Of a DNA stretch of 40,802 nucleotides, positions 35,886 to 40,802 are shown piece by piece; position 1 is the stretch's first letter; each line of letters opens with the position of its first letter. Both the position numbers and the translations under genes were made by a program. Origin of the DNA: a virus (lineage: Duplodnaviria > Caudoviricetes); IMG/VR virus record IMGVR_UViG_3300012953_000003, positions 1 to 40,802 of that record, one strand, 5' to 3'. The notes beneath the pieces were generated by a model. That model was given only the letters and a program-made list of their open reading frames with translations, did not search any database and was not told the origin of the DNA.

Positions 35886-36109
35886 TTCTTTTTTTTAGTA
35901 CGATTTACTTTTCTTAAATCTGCTTGAGCTGCTCCATCTTCTTCTAGATCTGCAACTTTTTTTGTCAACTTACTAAGAATTTCTAACAAATCCGCTTGAT
36001 AATAAAGATCATCATTGGATTGATTTTCATATTCTTTTTTTGTTAAAGAAAGCAATATTTTCGCATGGGGTAATTTGACATGAAGTAAATGTCTAGGTCT
36101 TATTGTCAT
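35882..36109 (-). CDS. Hypothetical protein
   Basis: Coupled 75-aa ORF. Confidence 0.65.
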   Translation of the reverse strand: MTIRPRHLLHVKLPHAKILLSLTKKEYENQSNDDLYYQADLLEILSKLTKKVADLEEDGAAQADLRKVNRTKKKK

Positions 36110-36306
36110 TAGTTCAGGTTCAGTTTTTCTTGTACGGCGGTCAGGACGTCAGGAGGAAGGCCGTCGTCTTTGAACTGGTTAATTCCATAGCAGAATCTAA
36201 CGCTGCCCGTTTGCTCGCCTTCTCGCAGCCATGCGACGGTGTAAAGAATTGCGCCGTTGCTTAAAAGATCATTTGTCATGTTGACGTCGATTTTCTTTAG
36301 TTTCAT
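36109..36306 (-). CDS. Hypothetical protein
   Basis: 65-aa ORF coupled to the next gene. Confidence 0.65.
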   Translation of the reverse strand: MKLKKIDVNMTNDLLSNGAILYTVAWLREGEQTGSVRFCYGINQFKDDGLPPDVLTAVQEKLNLN

Positions 36307-36310
36307 AGTT

Positions 36311-36334
36311 AAAAAAAAAGGGCCATTTGGCCCT
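36311..36334 (-). terminator. Intrinsic terminator
   Basis: AGGGCCA-aa-TGGCCCT-type hairpin plus U tract. Confidence 0.8.
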
Positions 36335-36585
36335 TAGCTTATGTCGGAAATTACTTGACGGATTCCTTTTTTAACCGCTGCTCTTTTGTAAGAATCAAGC
36401 GCTTGAAGTAAGCAGTCCGCGCCGTGGAAAACTTTTCCGAATGGAAGATTACGACCGCCGACTGTTTTGACTGTAACGGTGCAATTTGGAAACTCGCCTT
36501 TGCTAACTACAACGCAAAGATTTTGCTTTGCTGAAATCTGAAATGTGTATCCGGTGATTGTTTCAGAAGGCTTTGTGATTTCCAT
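36334..36585 (-). CDS. Early hypothetical protein (83 aa)
   Basis: ATG 36585 lies downstream of the promoter; the track's longer start is the TTG of the -35 box. Confidence 0.75.
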   Translation of the reverse strand: MEITKPSETITGYTFQISAKQNLCVVVSKGEFPNCTVTVKTVGGRNLPFGKVFHGADCLLQALDSYKRAAVKKGIRQVISDIS

Positions 36586-36600
36586 TGTGGTTCGTGTGAT

Positions 36601-36639
36601 TGACTCTTTTAGTATACATATTATTTTACAGGGTGTCAA
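36601..36639 (-). promoter_or_regulatory. Early promoter
   Basis: TTGACA-N17-TATACT-AAAAGAGTCA. Confidence 0.9.
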
Positions 36640-36644
36640 CTAGC

Positions 36645-36670
36645 AAAAAAAAAGAGCCTTATGGCTCTTT
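36645..36670 (-). terminator. Intrinsic terminator
   Basis: AAAGAGCC-ataa-GGCTCTTT plus U tract. Confidence 0.8.
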
Positions 36671-36880
36671 TCTTTCGATTGAAACGGTATAACCTTTAAA
36701 CCTTAAATGGTCCATCACGTCGCCTGAGTAGCTGGCGCGGTAGGTCATACCAGTACAAGCAAAACCGCCTCCAAGTTCTTTCAAAGCTTTTTCTCCTTTT
36801 TTGTTGCAAGCCGTAAAGGTGTGCTTCGTAGAATTAAATCCGCCTGTAAAAAGAGTCAAGTCGGTTTGATTGTTGTTCAT
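36659..36880 (-). CDS. Early hypothetical protein
   Basis: 73 aa, with its own promoter and terminator. Confidence 0.75.
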   Translation of the reverse strand: MNNNQTDLTLFTGGFNSTKHTFTACNKKGEKALKELGGGFACTGMTYRASYSGDVMDHLRFKGYTVSIERKEP

Positions 36881-36896
36881 CGTGGTTCACTGTAAC

Positions 36897-36936
36897 TGAC
36901 TTCCTTAGTATACACATAGGAGAATAAACTTGTCAA
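36897..36936 (-). promoter_or_regulatory. Early promoter
   Basis: TTGACA-N18-TATACT-AAGGAAGTCA. Confidence 0.85.
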
Positions 36937-37235
36937 CTGATCGGGTGTCTATTGTCCCGAACATGTTTAAAGCCTTCGCTTTCTAATCGTCTTTTGACTT
37001 CGGCTTTCATCGTTGGTTCGTTTACTTTGATCCGAAATTCGGTCCTATTTTGAAAGCGAACGATCTTTACAAAATGATCGCTCAAGTTTTTGTATGGATA
37101 GAAATCCACTTCGAAGCTTCCGTCGCCGGATAATAATCCGGGGCCAAGGATTGCGGGTTTGTTCATTCTGTCTCTAAAAGATTGGGTTCGTATTGGGTCT
37201 TCTTTTTTGGTTCGACGGCGATCGACTTTTCTCAT
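36933..37235 (-). CDS. Hypothetical protein
   Basis: 100-aa coupled ORF. Confidence 0.7.
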   Translation of the reverse strand: MRKVDRRRTKKEDPIRTQSFRDRMNKPAILGPGLLSGDGSFEVDFYPYKNLSDHFVKIVRFQNRTEFRIKVNEPTMKAEVKRRLESEGFKHVRDNRHPIS

Positions 37236-37585
37236 AGTTTAAATTTTTCAGTTTGTTCGAAGTATTCGTCATGGAAAAAAGCATTTTCCGCGACGGCTGC
37301 GCGGTCTTGCATTTGTTCTTCAACAAGTTTTGCAAGCACGAGCAAAGATCCTAACGCGTCGATCTTCCGTGAAACTTGTTTGATCTTCCTAAACTTTTCG
37401 GTGTCATTGTTTGGATTGGAAGCGGTTTCGCCCTGTTCGAGCGAAGCCAGCTCCAAACATTTCTCAACTCTTTGTAACGGTCGATCTTTCAGAATGTCGG
37501 TTTCGCGAGCATCGCGACCGCCAGCAATCAATGAGCAAATTTGATTAATTGCTCTGATTTGGTTTTGTTCTTGTTCTTGGGTCAT
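37232..37585 (-). CDS. Hypothetical helical protein
   Basis: 117-aa ORF in the operon. Confidence 0.7.
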   Translation of the reverse strand: MTQEQEQNQIRAINQICSLIAGGRDARETDILKDRPLQRVEKCLELASLEQGETASNPNNDTEKFRKIKQVSRKIDALGSLLVLAKLVEEQMQDRAAVAENAFFHDEYFEQTEKFKL

Positions 37586-37589
37586 TGGT

Positions 37590-37811
37590 TTAAATTCCTT
37601 CGACTTTTTGGATTCGTTGTTGAGGTAGCCAGTCGGTCCTCGTTTTGCCTCGCCAAAGAATTTCGTAATAAGAAATCTTTTGAGGTTCTAGTTTTCCTTT
37701 TCGTTTGCGCTCCCATATTTCGCGCTTAATAACAGTTCCTATTGTTGACTCAGGATGACAGGGTGGGCGCTTTCTTACGAGCGTTCCGGGTGAGTAGCGT
37801 TCGACGGTCAT
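37590..37811 (-). CDS. Small SH3/KOW-like protein (tentative)
   Basis: Y.PG.LV...IG.VI...YEILW pattern. Confidence 0.65.
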   Translation of the reverse strand: MTVERYSPGTLVRKRPPCHPESTIGTVIKREIWERKRKGKLEPQKISYYEILWRGKTRTDWLPQQRIQKVEGI

Positions 37812-38287
37812 TTCTTGGCCCTCCTTCTTGCCGCTTCAAAAGCTTGGGCTGTTCGTCTTTCTGTATGTGCCTTTAAATCAAAGTTTGGGCGACTAAAATC
37901 ATCCCAACTAATTCCATGTATCTGTTTGCAAGTTTGATTTAGGTCGTACCAAATAGCTGTCGGTCTTGGCCATCTTCCTGTCATGTAATGCCATCCTTCT
38001 TTTAATTCTTTTGCATTACGGAGCGCTCTTAAGTCTTCTTGCGTTACATGCAATTTTTTTGCTGTTTCTTTTGTAGACCAAATACAGTCAAAGTCATGTT
38101 CTTTTAAAACAGGTTCTTTTGAAACAGGTTTTCTTTTTTTTTGGTCGTAATCTTTTTTAATTGTTCTTTCTACAAATTCAACGCTTAACTTTTGCAATAG
38201 GTCTTCGTCAAGTCGATTAACGTATTTGGCTCGGGCATCTAAGACAAGTTTTATAACCCTTTTTAATTGATCATTAGTTAAATTCAT
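37808..38287 (-). CDS. Protein with Xis/MerR-like HTH
   Basis: STKETAKKLHVT...LR......LKEGWHY; ATG 38287 is coupled to the upstream ORF. Confidence 0.7.
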   Translation of the reverse strand: MNLTNDQLKRVIKLVLDARAKYVNRLDEDLLQKLSVEFVERTIKKDYDQKKRKPVSKEPVLKEHDFDCIWSTKETAKKLHVTQEDLRALRNAKELKEGWHYMTGRWPRPTAIWYDLNQTCKQIHGISWDDFSRPNFDLKAHTERRTAQAFEAARRRAKK

Positions 38288-38415
38288 TTGATCAATTCCT
38301 CGCAAGCTTTTTCGATTCCAGCCTGACAATCGGCCTTCGTCATGTTTGTTAATGATCCGTCAAGGGCGGTATAGAAGACCGCCGCGACGCATAGAAAGAA
38401 AAAAAAGTTTTTCAC
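38284..38415 (-). CDS. 43-aa membrane peptide with Cys pair
   Basis: GTG start after GAACCCAAACA; (M)KNFFFFLCVAAVFYTALDGSLTNMTKADCQAGIEKACEELIK*. Confidence 0.65.
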   Translation of the reverse strand: MKNFFFFLCVAAVFYTALDGSLTNMTKADCQAGIEKACEELIK

Positions 38416-38434
38416 TGTTTGGGTTCCTGTAGGT

Positions 38435-38677
38435 TTAGAAATCAATCGCCATTGCCTGAGCAATGTGATTTAAGAAATGGTGAACGTTACCGTTTGCAAA
38501 ATCAATTTTTCTTAAAACAGTTTCGATCTTTTGAGCTTCCTCGCCCTGAGTTGTTTTGATCTTTGCAATGACTATATCGGTTTCGATAAAGTTCATTGTT
38601 CCTTGTGGAGCTGCTACTTCGTAGATCCTGTTTTCTAGGTTCTTTTCGTCGAAGAAGCGATTGAAGAAAGTGTCCAT
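38435..38677 (-). CDS. Early hypothetical protein
   Basis: 80 aa, first gene after its promoter. Confidence 0.8.
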   Translation of the reverse strand: MDTFFNRFFDEKNLENRIYEVAAPQGTMNFIETDIVIAKIKTTQGEEAQKIETVLRKIDFANGNVHHFLNHIAQAMAIDF

Positions 38678-38693
38678 TGTTCGTTTGGTTCGT

Positions 38694-38732
38694 TGACTTC
38701 TTTAGTATACAAACAAGAAAGGAAGTTGTCAA
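38694..38732 (-). promoter_or_regulatory. Early promoter
   Basis: TTGACA-N17-TATACT-AAAGAAGTCA. Confidence 0.9.
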
Positions 38733-38737
38733 CACAT

Positions 38738-38761
38738 AAAAAAAAGACCCCTTTCGGGGTC
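38738..38761 (-). terminator. Intrinsic terminator
   Basis: GACCCC-GAAA-GGGGTC plus U tract. Confidence 0.9.
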
Positions 38762-38768
38762 GTTTGGT

Positions 38769-39122
38769 TTAGAAGTTGTAATCGTGCTTGGCTCTCCATC
38801 CTTTACCTAATGCGGTTGGGTTGGAATAGTGGGCGCCACACTGACACCATACGCCGTTTTGTCTTACTCCGAATTTCATAGTCCCGCCGTTTTCGTTTCT
38901 GGTGATGTCGTACTTAAGCTCATTTTGATTAGTGCAATGTCCGACGAATCCTCCGGGGATGATTTTAGGATGTGAATCCTTGTTCAACTTGTAATCGTCC
39001 ATTTGAACAGTTACAAATTTTTTGGTCCTTTTGATAACGGTGCAAGGGTGAACATCAGAGTAATAATAAACCGCTGCCTTGTCGCCGATTTGTGGGTCGA
39101 AGTTGTGTGTTACGTTTCCCAT
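38769..39122 (-). CDS. Early hypothetical protein (117 aa)
   Basis: ATG 39122 follows the leader; the track's extension is promoter sequence. Confidence 0.8.
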   Translation of the reverse strand: MGNVTHNFDPQIGDKAAVYYYSDVHPCTVIKRTKKFVTVQMDDYKLNKDSHPKIIPGGFVGHCTNQNELKYDITRNENGGTMKFGVRQNGVWCQCGAHYSNPTALGKGWRAKHDYNF

Positions 39123-39140
39123 TGTGGTTCGTTTGGTGAT

Positions 39141-39179
39141 TGACTTCTTTAGTATACATATAAACTTAAGAGCTGTCAA
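39141..39179 (-). promoter_or_regulatory. Early promoter
   Basis: TTGACA-N17-TATACT-AAAGAAGTCA. Confidence 0.9.
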
Positions 39180-39185
39180 CAAGGT

Positions 39186-39216
39186 AAAAAAAAGAGGGGC
39201 GCTTGGCCCCTCTTTT
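39186..39216. terminator. Intrinsic terminator (possibly bidirectional)
   Basis: AAAAGAGGGGC...GCCCCTCTTTT. Confidence 0.9.
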
Positions 39217-39230
39217 CGTTTTGTTTTGGC

Positions 39231-39674
39231 TTATCTCATGTAAAGCCATCCGCCGGCCCATGTGCAGTTATCAGGGTTAAGAACGAAGTCTCTGCTCTTT
39301 TGATCTCTTAGATCATATCGAACGTGCTTCGCTGGTGCTCTCCAGCCCGCGGGCTTGTAGATCTCACCTGTTTGCTTGTCGATAAAAGCGTGAACGCTTC
39401 CGTCCCTCCATTCGTTCCTGTCGTTGTAAGTATCAAACTCCTGTTGGATGATTTTTAAATACTTTTTGCCGGGCTGAATACGAAACTTCATCAACTTAGC
39501 TGTACCTTCGTCCATTTCTTTAATTTGCTTTTTGCCGTAAGCACTATCAGCAAAAGTTGGATCTTGAGTCATTGCTCTGTAGTGAAAACGCTTGTAGTTT
39601 TCTGCAAGTGCTTCACAAAGTTGCTCGGTCCATTCGAAGATTTGGGCTTCAGTGATGATTGTTGCTGTAGTCAT
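39231..39674 (-). CDS. Conserved early phage protein
   Basis: GKKY.KI...SVHAFIDK.TG..YKPA.W.APAK.VRY motif, recalled from cyanophage early genes. Confidence 0.82.
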   Translation of the reverse strand: MTTATIITEAQIFEWTEQLCEALAENYKRFHYRAMTQDPTFADSAYGKKQIKEMDEGTAKLMKFRIQPGKKYLKIIQQEFDTYNDRNEWRDGSVHAFIDKQTGEIYKPAGWRAPAKHVRYDLRDQKSRDFVLNPDNCTWAGGWLYMR

Positions 39675-39690
39675 TTGTGGTTCCTGTGTT

Positions 39691-39729
39691 TGACTTCTTT
39701 AGTATACATATAACTTTAAAAGGTGTCAA
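39691..39729 (-). promoter_or_regulatory. Early promoter
   Basis: TTGACA-N17-TATACT-AAAGAAGTCA. Confidence 0.9.
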
Positions 39730-39738
39730 CTAATTCGC

Positions 39739-39773
39739 AAAAAAAAAACGCCCCGCGCAGATTCGGAGCGTTT
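39739..39773 (-). terminator. Intrinsic terminator
   Basis: AAACGCTCCG...CGGGGCGTTT plus U tract. Confidence 0.8.
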
Positions 39774-39819
39774 GCCTTCCCTTTTGTCCTTTCTTATCTT
39801 GGCGGGGTTTGGCAGTCTG

Positions 39820-40164
39820 TCAATTTATTAAAAGACTTTGATTCCGGCCAACACATAAATATTTTCTTTCTGGACTTGGAAGGTGGGAAACATCAAGGCT
39901 TCCATCAGTCCTTGTAAATGGTTTGTTCACAACTGATCCTCTTTTTGATTTAATCGTCAAGATTCCCATTTCTCCTTCTCGGTATTTATTTATATGCCAT
40001 ATTCTCCACATCAATCTAAAACGAGTAAAGCCGCCACCTTTTAGCGCTTCTTCGTATTCTTCCTGCGTTGGCCCAAGGTCATTAGCCCAATGATTTATGT
40101 ACTCGCGAGCTTGTTTTAATGTTGTCCCTTTTTGAGCTGGTTTTGATTTAGTTCTTTTTTTCAT
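39820..40164 (-). CDS. Early hypothetical basic protein
   Basis: 114-aa ORF between two terminators. Confidence 0.7.
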   Translation of the reverse strand: MKKRTKSKPAQKGTTLKQAREYINHWANDLGPTQEEYEEALKGGGFTRFRLMWRIWHINKYREGEMGILTIKSKRGSVVNKPFTRTDGSLDVSHLPSPERKYLCVGRNQSLLIN

Positions 40165-40170
40165 TGTGTT

Positions 40171-40195
40171 AAAAAAAGCCCCTCAAATGAGGGGC
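40171..40195 (-). terminator. Intrinsic terminator
   Basis: GCCCCTC...GAGGGGC plus U7. Confidence 0.88.
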
Positions 40196-40202
40196 GGGTG
40201 GT

Positions 40203-40361
40203 TTAGAAAATAGCGGCGGCTGCTGCTGTGATTCCTAGAAGGATTAGGGCGGCGTTCAATTTCTCGGTAAGAATTTGAATCGTTTCCTTTTGGTCGTCAA
40301 TCAGTGGAAGAGCCTCGGCAAGAATTTCAGCCTTGGTATTCTTCGCGGTGATTGTTGTCAT
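40203..40361 (-). CDS. 52-aa protein with hydrophobic C-terminus
   Basis: ATG 40361 with GGAG upstream; MTTITAKNTKAEIL...ALILLGITAAAAAIF. Confidence 0.7.
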   Translation of the reverse strand: MTTITAKNTKAEILAEALPLIDDQKETIQILTEKLNAALILLGITAAAAAIF

Positions 40362-40412
40362 GGATTTAACTCCGGTTCGGTTTGGTTCGGCAAGTGACGA
40401 GCTTGCTTTATT

Positions 40413-40440
40413 AGTATACATTAAGAAGACCCCCTGTCAA
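40413..40440 (-). promoter_or_regulatory. Early promoter
   Basis: TTGACA-N16-TATACT. Confidence 0.8.
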
Positions 40441-40450
40441 GGAGGTCTTC
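40425..40450 (-). terminator. Hairpin/terminator after the DUF2786-like gene
   Basis: GAAGACCUCC-UUGACA-GGGGGUCUUC; short U tail. Confidence 0.65.
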
Positions 40451-40459
40451 GAAAAAGAT

Positions 40460-40802
40460 TTATATTCCTGCGATTCTCCGGGTTTGTCTTCCTGATACCT
40501 GACGGCCTAATCCTGCATTTGCTCCTGCTTGTTTTCCTGCTCTTGCTCCAGCTCCACCGATTGTGAATCCTGTGCCTTTTCTTAGTTTCGGATATTTTTG
40601 GTCTCTTAATGAAAGCGCTTTTGTTTGTTCGATTTCATTTTTGCCTCGGACTTGAATCGCTCTGACGTTGATCTTTTTGCCTTGCTTAACTTCGCGCCTT
40701 CCGTCCTTTTCTTCCGCTTCTTTCATGTCGTTCAATCTGCTTTGGATTTTCCAAGCCCAATTTTTTCTGAAGCTTGAATTGAATGTCGCATCGAATCCGC
40801 CG
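40460..40802 (-). CDS. DUF2786-like protein, 3' part
   Basis: In-frame continuation of the ORF starting at 548; C-terminal AG..AG...GL..QV pattern. Confidence 0.75.
   Translation of the reverse strand, partial: GGFDATFNSSFRKNWAWKIQSRLNDMKEAEEKDGRREVKQGKKINVRAIQVRGKNEIEQTKALSLRDQKYPKLRKGTGFTIGGAGARAGKQAGANAGLGRQVSGRQTRRIAGI
40680..40802. repeat. Terminal direct repeat, copy 2
   Basis: Identical to 1-123. Confidence 0.97.

Noticed and set aside
37808-38287. Xis-like HTH as evidence of a temperate lifestyle
   Set aside because: No integrase, CI-type repressor or partition genes were recognised in the complete genome.
38365-38383. GGCGGT..ACCGCC hairpin as a terminator
   Set aside because: It lies within the 43-aa GTG-start ORF and has no U tract on the 3' side of the minus-strand transcript.
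36601-39729. Repeated promoter blocks as a CRISPR array
   Set aside because: Spacing is irregular (0.3-1.8 kb) and contains genes; the repeats are consensus promoters; no cas genes.
36586-40421. Shared 'CILKKS' N-termini in track ORFs (36639, 38735, 39182) as a protein motif
   Set aside because: These are translations of the repeated promoter block starting at the TTG of the -35 box; the real starts lie downstream.

Overview
The window is a complete, circularly assembled genome of a long-tailed (sipho-type) dsDNA phage. Bases 1-123 are identical to 40680-40802, giving 40,679 unique bp. The host is probably a marine cyanobacterium; this is inferred from an NblA-like gene, recalled cyanophage-type small genes and SD-less leaders. 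The + strand 0.7-25.8 kb carries terminase, portal, MuF head protein, scaffold, capsid, neck, tape measure, lambda-like tail tip (M/L/K/I/J) and fibre genes. 24.8-28.5 kb is a cluster of membrane and secreted proteins. 28.5-30.4 kb (-) holds the displaced tail tube and a frameshifting tail chaperone. 30.7-35.2 kb (-) encodes recombination, modification and replication functions (ERF, RusA, Mom-like, PD-(D/E)xK nuclease). 35.5-40.8 kb plus 1-0.63 kb (-) is an early region built from repeated terminator-promoter-leader-ORF cassettes. I recognised no integrase, DNA polymerase, helicase, endolysin, tRNA or CRISPR array. The best candidate for a new system is a virion MuF protein fused to a zeta-toxin-like kinase, facing a convergent 65-aa gene with its own promoter (candidate immunity). 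Other leads are the NblA-like gene, covarying leader hairpins, a terminator whose loop is exactly a -35 box, and a candidate structured ncRNA. All family calls come from motif recognition by eye, not from database searches.
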